Positions 29,580 to 39,504 of a stretch of 64,000 bases of DNA are shown one piece after another. The position numbers were made by a program, and so were the translations under genes. The stretch is from Bdellovibrionota bacterium (lineage in GTDB: Bacteria; Bdellovibrionota_C; UBA2361; JBIKUX01), in the NCBI GenBank assembly GCA_044347345.1, contig JBIKUX010000010.1:27032-91031 (forward strand). Direction: 5' to 3'. Within the stretch, counting starts at the first letter, position 1; each line of letters begins with the position of its first letter. The notes under the pieces are model-generated. The model did no database searches. It was not told the DNA's origin and saw only the letters and a list, made by a program, of their open reading frames with translations.

Positions 29580-29849
29580 TTTGGGTGTCCTTGAAAAAAA
29601 CCTCTAAGAACTGAAATCTAGAGCTCAAACTAAAATTAATTTCAATAATTTATAGATTGGTCTCACTATTGCTACTATTTAATTTGTCCCTTTTTTCAGC
29701 AAATTAATATGGGATTCATCGACTAATTAGATGAAAACTGAATTGGTCTGATGCTTAAAATGAATATAAATTCTGAACTTTTTTAATGATGGTACTATTC
29801 ATGAATAGTAGTTTGTATGCTTACCTTCATGTTTTGGATCACAGGCCTA

Positions 29850-30905
29850 AGTAGAATCTACGTCAAAAAAATAGTCAGAAACGACGCATGAGAACGGTAA
29901 AAAAGCGAAGAACATCCACGGACAAATTTAAAGCCAAAGTAGCTATTGAGGCCATCAAGGGTGTGATGAACCTGGGGGAGCTTGTAGCGGTAGTGCAGAC
30001 TGGCAGGTGTTCCCCGATTGGGCTTCTACTATGAGGCTGTCCCTGAAACTGCGGATAATCTCTATCTGATGCGACTGATGGATGAGTAGTACCTCCTGCA
30101 CACGGGGCGTTTGGTTATCTATGAATGAGACGGGCTGATTGAGAGATCAGAGTCATAAAGTGAACAGCAAGCGATTTGCCTGTCTTATGCAGCGGATGAG
30201 ACTCTAGGCAATTACGCCCGAACAACAAATAAGCAAACACGCTTCTGGATACAAGGTTTACCCGCATTTGTTAAACGATGTGAGCATTGAGCGAGTGAAT
30301 CAAGTGTGGAGTACATGACATCACGTACATCCTAATGAACCATGGTTATATCTATTTGACAGGAGTAATCAACTAGTACAGCTTAGGTGGGAACATCCAG
30401 ATATCGTGCAGATTAGGTTCTGTGTTGATGCTATGGAAGTGCGCTGACCCAGAGAAGACCGAATATATTCAACACCAACCAGCATTCCCAGTTCAATTCA
30501 TAGACGTTTACGAGCATTTTACTGGAGAGAAATATGGCCATCAGTATGCGTGGACGAGGATGGTGGAGCCCTGGATAACGTATATATCGAGTGCCTGTGG
30601 TGAACTGTGAAATTCGAAGAGGTCTATCCTAAGTGTTACGCAGATGGCCATGAATTGAAACGAGGGCTCAATCGTTACTTCTATTGTTACAACCAGACAG
30701 GAGAAGTAGCGCACTGGACAACCGAACTCCTGCCGATGTATTAATCGAAGGAGTGTAAAACGTAGTAGCAAGCGATGCCATTACTGGTACCGCAGGGCGG
30801 CTCGGTAGCCGCTGTGATCTACTAAACAAAGAGTCACTAAACAAAGAGCTGCAGATTCTATCTTAAGTTAACCGATCTATGGCTAAAGATTGGAGGTAGG
30901 CGCTT
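29850..30905 (+). mobile_element. Degenerate IS3-family insertion sequence (transposase pseudogene); ends approximate
   Basis: OrfA start MRTVKKRRTSTDKFKAKVAIEAIKG at 29888; OrfB remnants YKVYPHLL...NQVWST*/DITYI and LDNVYIECLW*TVKFEEVY with stops and frameshifts. Confidence 0.88.
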
Positions 30906-31018
30906 TGCTACTTAGACTTATATGATTAACCGTTCGGACTGTAGAACCACAAACATCTTTTTAGTCTTTTTTATAAAAGACATTTTCTTTGAAAAACAGT
31001 AAAAAATTATAAAAACTT

Positions 31019-32032
31019 ATGAAGCAATGGTTCATAGAGTCTTTTCAGCGAATTTTTGGCGATAATCCGACAATAATTGTTCCTATTGCGGCTCATGCAT
31101 CCGGTCGAGAAATTTATAGATTGGTGGGAGAGTCAGCTACAGCAATCGGCTCTGTAAATGCCAATCCGAAGGAGTTCGCCGCTTTTTATTATCTGACTGA
31201 GATTTTTAGAGAGATAGGTTTACCGGTAGCAAAAATACATATAGCAGATGCTACTCTTGGATTATTCTTACTAGAAGACCTTGGTGAAGTCACACTTCTT
31301 GATGTACTTAGAGCCGATAAAGAAGATAAAAACTGTGAAATATCGGAAAATATATATGCTTTGTACCGGCAAGCTGTAACGTTTCTACCAACTTTTCAAG
31401 TGATTGGTGGAAAAAAAATAGACTTTAGTCGATGTTATCCTCGTAAAGTATTTGATACTCAGAGCATGCGATGGGATATGGAATATTATAGGGATGAATT
31501 TTTATATAGATACTGTGTAGGAGCAAAGCAATTATTCTCTAAAGGTCATCTAAATAAAGATTTTGATGATCTAGCATTATTTCTTTCACAAGCGGATAGC
31601 TCGGTTTTTATGTATAGAGATTTTCAGGCTCGTAACATAGTAGTAAAAAATGGTAGTTGTCGATTTATTGACTATGATCTGGGTCGCCGTGGCCCAATTC
31701 ACTATGATATCGCTTCAATTTTATACCAATCGAGTGCCAAACTTCCTAAGTCTGTCCGGTTAGCTTTGCTAACTGATTACTTGTCAGCACTTGAAAATCA
31801 TATATCTTTATCTCGAGATGAGTTTTTAGAATTCTTTGATGGTTTTGTTCTTATTAGGCTACTTCAAGTACTTGGAACCTATGGTAAACTAGGGTTAGGT
31901 CAGGGAAAGCAATACTTTTTAGACAGTATTCCGCCCTCCTTGGTGAACGTTTCAGAACGATTGAGTGAAAGTAAGATACTGAGTCGTTTGCCTACACTGC
32001 GTTCTTCGCTAGAAGCTATATTATTAGTATGA
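31019..32032 (+). CDS. AmgK-like sugar phosphotransferase (APH family)
   Basis: ASGREIYR, LLEDLG, YRDFQARNI, GPIHYDIASIL, LQVLGTYG; next to a nucleotidyltransferase. Confidence 0.85.
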   Translation: MKQWFIESFQRIFGDNPTIIVPIAAHASGREIYRLVGESATAIGSVNANPKEFAAFYYLTEIFREIGLPVAKIHIADATLGLFLLEDLGEVTLLDVLRADKEDKNCEISENIYALYRQAVTFLPTFQVIGGKKIDFSRCYPRKVFDTQSMRWDMEYYRDEFLYRYCVGAKQLFSKGHLNKDFDDLALFLSQADSSVFMYRDFQARNIVVKNGSCRFIDYDLGRRGPIHYDIASILYQSSAKLPKSVRLALLTDYLSALENHISLSRDEFLEFFDGFVLIRLLQVLGTYGKLGLGQGKQYFLDSIPPSLVNVSERLSESKILSRLPTLRSSLEAILLV

Positions 32033-32047
32033 GGTAGGTAAGCATAA

Positions 32048-32494
32048 ATGCTTTATTTTAAAATTCGAAGTTTCTCATTTAAGCGCTCGCCGCTCAGAAC
32101 TCCGTTTAATAGCGAGAAAAGAGTGGAGGATTTACACGATAAGGAACATGGGGGTGGTTTTGTTTTTGACTGTAGGGCGCTACCCAATCCAGGTAGATTA
32201 CCTAATTTAAGTCATTTATCAGGTTTAGATTCTCCAGTGATAGATTATCTAGCTAACTTATCAGAGGTTGGAGAATTTATCGAATTGTCCAGTGGGTTAA
32301 TTATTAGAAGTGCACGTAATTATCTGTCTAGAAATTTCTCCTCCATTTTAGTTGAGTTTGGCTGTACTGGAGGTCAACATCGTTCAGTATTTTGTGCAGA
32401 GAGAGTATCTCAATTTATGAGGAGCTCTTTTGAAAGAACTGCCGCTCAGATTGAAATTCATCATGTTGAATTAGGATTAACTAAGGCACTATGA
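32048..32494 (+). CDS. Standalone RapZ C-terminal domain protein
   Basis: SFSFK, FVFDCRALPNP, FGCTGGQHRSV. Confidence 0.88.
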   Translation: MLYFKIRSFSFKRSPLRTPFNSEKRVEDLHDKEHGGGFVFDCRALPNPGRLPNLSHLSGLDSPVIDYLANLSEVGEFIELSSGLIIRSARNYLSRNFSSILVEFGCTGGQHRSVFCAERVSQFMRSSFERTAAQIEIHHVELGLTKAL

Positions 32495-33228
32495 AAGCTA
32501 TGGTACTTGCCGCCGGATATGGAAGTCGGCTGGGTGCAATCACAAAGTCTATTCCCAAGTGTTTAGTAGAAGCAGGTGGAAAAACTCTGTTAGCGCATAC
32601 CATTGAGCGATTGCGTGATGCAGGAGTTACACACTTAGTTATAAATCTTTATCATTTAGGACATTTAATTGAAGAATATGTTAAGGCAAATAATTTTTTT
32701 GGTCTAAATATCATATTTTCTCAAGAATCGACTTTGTTAGGAACCGGGGGTGGATTGCAAGCCGCAAAAGAGTTTTTTTCTGATAATCAACCCTTTTTTT
32801 TGCATAACAGTGATATAGTTTCCGATATTAATTTGAGTGAACTCTATAGGATTCACTGTGCGACCCCTAATGTGATTGCCACTCTTGCAGTAAACCGTAG
32901 AGATACTTCGAGACCATTACTGTTTTCGCCCTCAGGTCGATTAGTTGGATGGGAAAAAAGCGAAGAGGAAAGAGGCGAAGTATTAGGATCTGAAGTAGAG
33001 TTTGAGAAGCTTGGGTTTACAGGTATTCAGGTATTGTCGCCAAAAATATTTAGTTATCTCAATGGTGCTCCTCCTTTTTCAACTATTTCGGCCTTTATGA
33101 AAGCAGTGCATGCTGGAGAATATATACAAGCATTTCGTGTAGATAATATTTTTTGGATTGATGCTGGAACGCCTGATACTCTGCATGAGTTACGTAGTTT
33201 ACTATCCTCTCCAGAATCATTGAATTAA
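32491..33228 (+). CDS. MurU-like nucleotidyltransferase
   Basis: KAMVLAAGYGSRL, PKCL, LGTGGG, HNSDI, WIDAG. Confidence 0.88.
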   Translation: MKAMVLAAGYGSRLGAITKSIPKCLVEAGGKTLLAHTIERLRDAGVTHLVINLYHLGHLIEEYVKANNFFGLNIIFSQESTLLGTGGGLQAAKEFFSDNQPFFLHNSDIVSDINLSELYRIHCATPNVIATLAVNRRDTSRPLLFSPSGRLVGWEKSEEERGEVLGSEVEFEKLGFTGIQVLSPKIFSYLNGAPPFSTISAFMKAVHAGEYIQAFRVDNIFWIDAGTPDTLHELRSLLSSPESLN

Positions 33229-33261
33229 GGGTTTTTATAAGAGTAACTAATATTATTTACT

Positions 33262-34047
33262 ATGGCACTTGTTGAATTAGATTGGACAACTTTAGGGGAT
33301 GGGGTAGCTCTTTTACGATTAAACGATCCGACTCGTCTAAATGCAATGAGCGTAGATATGGCTGAATCTATGCGCGAAGTTATAGCCCAGCTATTACTCA
33401 AAACAGATTTACGGATGGTAATTCTCACCGGCACTGAAAGAGCGTTTTCGGCTGGTGGAGATATAGAAATGTTAGCTAAGCGTTGTGAAGTATCTGCTGA
33501 ACAGAACCGTATTTTTATGAGGCGTTATTATAATGATTTTCTAGCTTTAAGAACGCTTGGAGTACCCCTTATTGCCGCTATAAATGGCATTACCGTAGGA
33601 GCTGCTTCAGCCCTAGTGTGTGCATGTGATTTACGAATCGCTACAATCACCTCCAGCATGAGCTTTTCATTTGTCAGACTTGGTCTTCACCCAGGTATGG
33701 GTACAACTTGGTTCTTACCATCTGTTGTAGGGGTAGCTCGAGCCACAGAGCTCTTACTCACAGCTCGGACGTTATCGTCTTCTGAGATGATTGAATATGG
33801 ATTAGTGAGTAAAGTAGTACCCGACCAAGAGCTGATGAATGCTGTTGAGGAATTAGTTTCAGTAATCTTAAAAGGCGGTACCGAATGTATTAAGCAATTG
33901 ATATCTACTTTACGAGCTCCTTCATCATGCTTAAATCAAGCCTTAGAAAGAGAGTGCCTTGTACAAGCGCTTAATTACTCTGGGGCAGAGTTTAAAACAC
34001 TACTAAAAGAAAAAATAGATAAAAAACCCAGTCTATCCAAAGACTGA
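33262..34047 (+). CDS. Enoyl-CoA hydratase/isomerase family protein
   Basis: AFSAGGD, IAAING, CDLRIA, LGLHPGMG. Confidence 0.92.
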   Translation: MALVELDWTTLGDGVALLRLNDPTRLNAMSVDMAESMREVIAQLLLKTDLRMVILTGTERAFSAGGDIEMLAKRCEVSAEQNRIFMRRYYNDFLALRTLGVPLIAAINGITVGAASALVCACDLRIATITSSMSFSFVRLGLHPGMGTTWFLPSVVGVARATELLLTARTLSSSEMIEYGLVSKVVPDQELMNAVEELVSVILKGGTECIKQLISTLRAPSSCLNQALERECLVQALNYSGAEFKTLLKEKIDKKPSLSKD

Positions 34048-34081
34048 ATATGAGAAACAACTTTGATTACTTATCTGAGAG

Positions 34082-34609
34082 TTAAACGTTGCTGAAAGGG
34101 ATTAAACCTAAGTTTTGAGCTCTTTTTATAGCTTTTGACACTTTTCTTTGGTTGTTTGCTTTCAGCCCAGTTAACCGCCGTGATAAAATTCGGCCACGTT
34201 CACTTACGAATCTTGACAGTACAGCTATGTCTCTATAGTCAACTGGCTTTTCAGGATCTTCAGTAAAAGGATCGAGTTTTTTCTTGCGACGAAACAACTG
34301 CATTCGCTGTATCGGGGGTAAAGGCTCGAATTTTTTTTGAGTACCCTCGGTTCCTCCTTTGCCACGATCCTCAACTACCTTAATTGGACGACCGTTTAGT
34401 ATAAACCCGTTTAATTGCTCGCTAACACTACGAGCTGATTCTTCATTTTGCATTTCCACAAAGGCGAATCCCTTTGAACGCTTACTATCTCGATCTACTG
34501 CTACTACCACGCTTGATGATGGGGCTATTGCGTCTACAGCCTCTCTTAGCTGTTCAGAGGTGACTTCGAAGTCTAGATTACTAACAAATAGTTTTTTCTT
34601 GATAGACAT
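34082..34609 (-). CDS. rpsR: RRM domain fused to 30S ribosomal protein S18 (zinc-free type)
   Basis: N-terminal RNP2 LFVSNL and RNP1 KGFAFVEM; C-terminal VDYRD..L.RFVSERGRILSRRLTG...QRKVSKAIKRAQNLGLIPF. Confidence 0.92.
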   Translation of the reverse strand: MSIKKKLFVSNLDFEVTSEQLREAVDAIAPSSSVVVAVDRDSKRSKGFAFVEMQNEESARSVSEQLNGFILNGRPIKVVEDRGKGGTEGTQKKFEPLPPIQRMQLFRRKKKLDPFTEDPEKPVDYRDIAVLSRFVSERGRILSRRLTGLKANNQRKVSKAIKRAQNLGLIPFSNV

Positions 34610-34671
34610 ATAACTTTTAAATTTTTAATCTCGGGTTGACGTTTAATCGTTCATTCCCCAGTCGTATAATG

Positions 34672-34700
34672 CTTATATCTGACAGCGTCGTGAATGGCAA
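34672..34700 (-). promoter_or_regulatory. Possible sigma70 promoter for the RRM-S18 gene
   Basis: Minus strand TTGCCA-17 nt-TATAAG; the -10 lacks the final conserved T. Confidence 0.35.
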
Positions 34701-34740
34701 TAAGATGTGACAGCTTTAGAGCAAAAAATAACCAGGGGGT

Positions 34741-35715
34741 TTGGCTAAAATGAATTATGCGAAGACAGACTACAAAGACGATATTGAGTTGTGGTGGATG
34801 AAGAGTATCCTCCGCATAGCTGGTATCTACAATGTTTTCTTTGGTATTTGGTGTATATTATTTCCTACCTCGTTTTTTCGATTGAGCGGAATGGAATTGC
34901 CGAATTATCCGGAACTTTGGCAATGTATTGGCATGATAGTTGGAGTGTACGGAATAGGTTACTGGATTGCCGCCAGTGCTCCTCTTCGTCACTGGCCCAT
35001 TGTTTTAGTAGGGTTAGTCGGCAAAATTCTCGGACCTTTGGGTTTTATTGGAGCTTTAATTTCAGGTCGTTGGACTCTTTCATCGGTATGGCTGATTGTT
35101 ACTAATGATTTGGTGTGGTGGTTGCCGTTTGGTGCCATTCTTTGGGGTGTTACTCTGAGAAACATGGATCCAGAATTTTTGGGTTTACTCTCAAAAAGCT
35201 CTAGAGATGAAGGAAAAAGACAATGGCAGGCGCTAATTAACAAATCCTCTCATAATCCAATTCTTGTGGTATTTTTAAGGCACTTAGGATGTATTTTTTG
35301 TGCTGAAGCTGTTAGCGAGCTTCGTGATATTTTGCCGTCGCTTAATTCGTCTGGAATTTCACTTACCGTGGTTTCAATGTCAGATGAAAAGAGTATTAAA
35401 GAGTATTTAGGTCAAGCTTTTAGTGATAAGAGTACGATGAGTGATATCGAGATTGTTAGCGATCCAACAACAGCTCTTTACCGAGAAGTTCAGCTACCCA
35501 GAGGGTCTTTTTGGCAACTTTTTGGTTGGTCTTCTGCAGTTCGAGGATTCAGCGCGATGAAGAAAGGTTTTTTACCTGGTCGTTTATCTGGTGATGGAGC
35601 TCAACTTGCTGGGGTATTTTTGCTCAGTAACGGGGCAGTAGTAGCATCTCATCTAACCTCCTATGCTGGAGAGACCTTACAATTAAAGACTTTTTTACAT
35701 GATAGCCTTCATTGA
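34741..35715 (+). CDS. Membrane domain fused to AhpC/TSA-like (peroxiredoxin-like) redox domain
   Basis: Four-TM N-terminus (WQCIGMIVGVYG, NDLVWW.PF) then FLRHLGCIFC, VSDP, GD..QL.GVF; start may be 34798. Confidence 0.8.
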   Translation: MAKMNYAKTDYKDDIELWWMKSILRIAGIYNVFFGIWCILFPTSFFRLSGMELPNYPELWQCIGMIVGVYGIGYWIAASAPLRHWPIVLVGLVGKILGPLGFIGALISGRWTLSSVWLIVTNDLVWWLPFGAILWGVTLRNMDPEFLGLLSKSSRDEGKRQWQALINKSSHNPILVVFLRHLGCIFCAEAVSELRDILPSLNSSGISLTVVSMSDEKSIKEYLGQAFSDKSTMSDIEIVSDPTTALYREVQLPRGSFWQLFGWSSAVRGFSAMKKGFLPGRLSGDGAQLAGVFLLSNGAVVASHLTSYAGETLQLKTFLHDSLH

Positions 35716-36109
35716 AAATGCTCATTTTGCCGTAACCTTGGCAATGTTTGGTTTAATTTGGATGGTTCAAATAGTGCACTATCCAATGTTTAGTCTTGTT
35801 GGAGTTAATGAGTTTCCTAAATATGCCTCATGTCATCAAAGAAATATTAGTTTAGTAGTGATGCCTTTGATGACTGTGGAGGCGGTAACAGGAGCTTTTT
35901 TGGTGGTTTTATATCCTGAAAGGATTACCTTCTGCATAGCTATGCTCGCTTTAGTGTTAATATGGGGGTCAACTTTTCTTATTCAAGTACCTCTGCATCG
36001 AAAGCTCGCAAAGGGTTTCGATGCAAGAAATCATGAGCTTTTGGTTAGAACTAATTGGATAAGAACCATCTTATGGAGTTTTCGTTCCTTTCTTTTGTTA
36101 TTGCCTTAA
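35699..36109 (+). CDS. Small membrane protein
   Basis: GLIW.VQIVHYP, QVPLH, NWIRT.LW pattern; overlaps the upstream gene. Confidence 0.75.
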   Translation: MIAFIENAHFAVTLAMFGLIWMVQIVHYPMFSLVGVNEFPKYASCHQRNISLVVMPLMTVEAVTGAFLVVLYPERITFCIAMLALVLIWGSTFLIQVPLHRKLAKGFDARNHELLVRTNWIRTILWSFRSFLLLLP

Positions 36110-36116
36110 GTCCATA

Positions 36117-37451
36117 TTGAGTAAGGTTTGTATGATTAGTGTCCGTAAGGTTCAAGTCGCTATAGTTGGAGGAGGATTCACTGGATTAGCTGCAGCTTAT
36201 GAGCTGTCAAAAAGTGGGATAGAGGTAGCAGTTTTAGAATCAGAGCCCGAAATAGGTGGGCTCGCGGCAGCATTTAATGTAGAAGGTGAAAGACTTGATC
36301 GATTTTATCATCATTGGTTTACCAATGACCTTGAGGTGATGAATTTAATTGATGAGCTTGGTTTGCGCCATCGGGTTGAGATTAACCCTACTAATACGGG
36401 TGTATACTACGCTAATAATTTCTTTAAATTATCAACACCCTGGGATTTACTAAATTTTTCTCCCTTAAATTTTATTGATAGAATCAGGCTCGGACTTCTT
36501 GCGTTACGTGCTAGGCGAGTAAAAAATTGGAGGTCTCTTGAAAGTAAGACAGCGCATCAATGGCTAAAAGAGCTTGGTGGTGAAAATGTTTACCGAGTGG
36601 TTTGGCAGCCTCTACTAAAAGGGAAGTTTGGTCCATTCGCGGAGGAGATTTCTGCTGTTTGGTTTTGGAATAAACTTAAACTTCGTGGTGGCAGTAGAGG
36701 TAAGAAAGGCGAAGAACAGTTGGCTTATTTTAAAGGCGGATTTATCTCATTAGCTGAATCTTTAGCACAAAAGATAAGAGACCTTGGTGGTTCTATAGCA
36801 GTAAGTAGTCCTGTAACCTCAGTCAAAAAAATTGATAATAATTGGTGTTTAGAGTTTGAAGATGAGAAGACTCTGATTGCGGAGCACGTTATTTTTACAA
36901 CAGCTTTGCCTATTGTTGCAAAGTTAATTGAAAGTTGGGCTGCGTCAGACTATCTGGATGCGCTTAGGAGAATTAAATATATTGGGAATGTTTGCTTAGT
37001 TCTACAATTAAAAAAGTCTCTTTCTTCCACCTATTGGTTAAATGTAAATGACCCTACATTTCCGTTTGTAGGTGTTATTGAGCATACTAATTTTGAACGA
37101 CCTGAAACCTATGGTGGACATCATATCGTTTATTTATCAAAATATTTACCACATACAGATCCTCTTTATTCAATGAATAGAGAGGAATTTTTAGAGTATG
37201 CGCTTCCTTTTATAAAAAAGATGTTTCCGCAATTTGATAGAAGTTGGATTAATGATTTCCATCTCTGGCGTGCTCGCTGGTCGCAGCCAGTCGTTGAAAG
37301 ACACTATAGTCAATTAATTCCAAGCTCTGAGGGACCACTTATTGGTATGCATCTTTGCTCAATGGCGCAGATATATCCAGAAGATCGAGGTACCAACTAT
37401 GCAGTGAGAGAAGGAAGAAACATAGCTAAAAAAATCTCTCAAACTTTCTAA
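36117..37451 (+). CDS. FAD-dependent oxidoreductase (amine oxidase/HemY-like)
   Basis: GGGFTGLAAA, IGGLA, FYHH, IYPEDRGTN. Confidence 0.9.
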   Translation: MSKVCMISVRKVQVAIVGGGFTGLAAAYELSKSGIEVAVLESEPEIGGLAAAFNVEGERLDRFYHHWFTNDLEVMNLIDELGLRHRVEINPTNTGVYYANNFFKLSTPWDLLNFSPLNFIDRIRLGLLALRARRVKNWRSLESKTAHQWLKELGGENVYRVVWQPLLKGKFGPFAEEISAVWFWNKLKLRGGSRGKKGEEQLAYFKGGFISLAESLAQKIRDLGGSIAVSSPVTSVKKIDNNWCLEFEDEKTLIAEHVIFTTALPIVAKLIESWAASDYLDALRRIKYIGNVCLVLQLKKSLSSTYWLNVNDPTFPFVGVIEHTNFERPETYGGHHIVYLSKYLPHTDPLYSMNREEFLEYALPFIKKMFPQFDRSWINDFHLWRARWSQPVVERHYSQLIPSSEGPLIGMHLCSMAQIYPEDRGTNYAVREGRNIAKKISQTF

Positions 37452-37549
37452 TTTGATACTGATCTTACTTGCCTCTCAATTAAAAAAGTGTCACTGACTA
37501 GAGTAAAATACTCGCCTAGAACTGTCGTAAAACTTAGAAGCTGACTGAA

Positions 37550-38572
37550 CTATTTCTTTAGTTTAGACCTGTCTCTAGCAATATAATGGGGATCTACCAT
37601 TCCAGTTAGAGATTCCAGGAATATTTGAATAGAAGTTACTTGCTCGCCTGTTAGTGAACGACCCAGTTGATGCTCTCCCATCATTTTAATTGCATCGCTT
37701 AGTAGCGGTACTGTTCCGTCATGGAAATATGGACCTGTTTTTGTAACATTTCTTAAGGAGGGGACTTTGAATACAAACTTATCGCCTTCTAGTTTAGTTA
37801 CGTTAAAGCGCCCAAGATCTTTTTGATTCGGCCACGGTTTTATAATCCCAGCCTTTTGATAAAGGCTCCCACCTAGTAGAGGCCCATTGTGACATGTAGC
37901 ACATCCAACTTCTACAAACACATTTAAACCCTTTTTTTGCTCTTCTGTTAGAGCATTGGAATCGCCCGATAGATATTCATCGAATTTAGCTGGAGATACC
38001 AAACCTCTCTCGAATGCTCCGATTGCTTTAGCAACATTTTCAAATGTAATTGGATTTTTATCTTCAGGAAAAGCCTTTTTAAAGGCTTCGACGTAAGTAG
38101 GATTATTACGCAGTTTTAACTCGACTGCCTCCGCAGATGGCATACCCATTTCGCCTGGATTTAATATTGGTCCCTTTGCTTGCTCTTCTACAGTTGGAGC
38201 TCTGCCATCCCAAAATTGTGCAATATGCCCTGCGGCATTAAGTGATGTAGGAGAGTTGCGATCACCTTTTTTTCCTTCATGACCTGGGGAGGTACTTAAG
38301 TTATCGACCCCAAATTTATTAAGGTCATGACAGCTATTACAAGACATTTTCCCTGATTTGCTCAGAGCTTCTTCGTAGTAAAGATTACGTCCAAGATTAA
38401 TGAGTGCTGTATTATTCGAGCTTTGATTATGAAAATCTTTTGGAAGAGGGCTCTTAAAAAGAGCCCTTAGAGATGCATCATCACCTTTAGCAAAATTAAG
38501 GTTTAATAAAAATGTAAGCGTGATTACTATTTTCCCAAGGGTTTGACAAGATTTACAAAATAATTTGCTCAT
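37550..38572 (-). CDS. Di-heme cytochrome c peroxidase
   Basis: CNSCH and CATCH; RNSPT, QFWDGRA, FKVPSLRNV..TGPYFHDG. Confidence 0.95.
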   Translation of the reverse strand: MSKLFCKSCQTLGKIVITLTFLLNLNFAKGDDASLRALFKSPLPKDFHNQSSNNTALINLGRNLYYEEALSKSGKMSCNSCHDLNKFGVDNLSTSPGHEGKKGDRNSPTSLNAAGHIAQFWDGRAPTVEEQAKGPILNPGEMGMPSAEAVELKLRNNPTYVEAFKKAFPEDKNPITFENVAKAIGAFERGLVSPAKFDEYLSGDSNALTEEQKKGLNVFVEVGCATCHNGPLLGGSLYQKAGIIKPWPNQKDLGRFNVTKLEGDKFVFKVPSLRNVTKTGPYFHDGTVPLLSDAIKMMGEHQLGRSLTGEQVTSIQIFLESLTGMVDPHYIARDRSKLKK

Positions 38573-38670
38573 TTAGCCGGTTCCTTAGGTAAGTTTTAGC
38601 CTTATTTCACCTTTTTTGTTTGATGACTTTTTTTGGTCGCAGATTCTTTAACTCCACAAAATACCTATTT

Positions 38671-39504
38671 CTACTGATTTTTTGCTAGGAGCTTGCTAAT
38701 AATCTCTTTAAAGTGCTCCAGAGGGTATGCACCTCTGACAGGAATTCCCCCTACAACGAAGCCAGGAGTGCCTTGAAATCCTAGACGTGCCGCTAATTGC
38801 TCATCAGCCGCTATTTCAGATTCAATCTCATCTGAAGCTCGGTCTTTCTCAAACTTACTAATATCAAGTTTTAAATTCTTTGCTACATCTAAGTATAAAT
38901 CATCGCCTAGCTTGCGCTGGTTATTAAATAACGCATCGTGAAATTCCCAAAATTTACCTTGCTTTCCAGCGGCTAGAGCAGCCTTAGCTGCTGGCCTAGC
39001 ATTTTTATGAAAAGTTAAAGGTAGATTTTTAAATGCTACTTTTACTTTTCCCGAATATTCATTGAGCACCTGCTCAACTACAGCGGCTCCCCTTTGGCAA
39101 TATGGGCACTCAAAGTCGGAGAATTCAACAATAGTTATCGGAGCTTCTGCCGCACCCTTAACAGGACTGACACCTACCGGAGCTTCCATCGGATTAGCAA
39201 AATACTTGTCTATCTCGGCTTTAGCCTGATTTTCTGCATCTTGTTGGGCGCGAGTTCGTGCCTCAGTAAAGTATCTCTCTACCGCCTTTGCTACTTTTTC
39301 TCGTCCTGTCTCCGTTTTGAGAAAATTATCCATATTATTTGCAAATGCTTCATCTGAAATGCTTGATCCGTTACTTGATGAGATTGGATCCTTGCCATCA
39401 GCTTGACTACAGCCAAAAATAGTAGCAAGCAGAACAAAAGAGCAGGCACTTGCTATTTGCTTAATTCTAATTAAGGAAAACCTTTTTATTTTGTTAGCAT
39501 TCAT
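38671..39504 (-). CDS. DsbA-family thioredoxin-fold lipoprotein
   Basis: EFSDFECPYC, cis-Pro GTP, lipobox-like IFGC; ATG 39504 preferred. Confidence 0.9.
   Translation of the reverse strand: MNANKIKRFSLIRIKQIASACSFVLLATIFGCSQADGKDPISSSNGSSISDEAFANNMDNFLKTETGREKVAKAVERYFTEARTRAQQDAENQAKAEIDKYFANPMEAPVGVSPVKGAAEAPITIVEFSDFECPYCQRGAAVVEQVLNEYSGKVKVAFKNLPLTFHKNARPAAKAALAAGKQGKFWEFHDALFNNQRKLGDDLYLDVAKNLKLDISKFEKDRASDEIESEIAADEQLAARLGFQGTPGFVVGGIPVRGAYPLEHFKEIISKLLAKNQ

Noticed and set aside
29658-29672. Sigma54-like TGGTCTC-ACTA-TTGC near fliG
   Set aside because: Spacing is right but it points away from fliG toward the IS relic, and the -24 match is weak.
30422-30771. ORFs 30422-30610 (+) and 30541-30771 (-) as genes
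   Set aside because: Off-frame or antisense products of the IS3 pseudogene.
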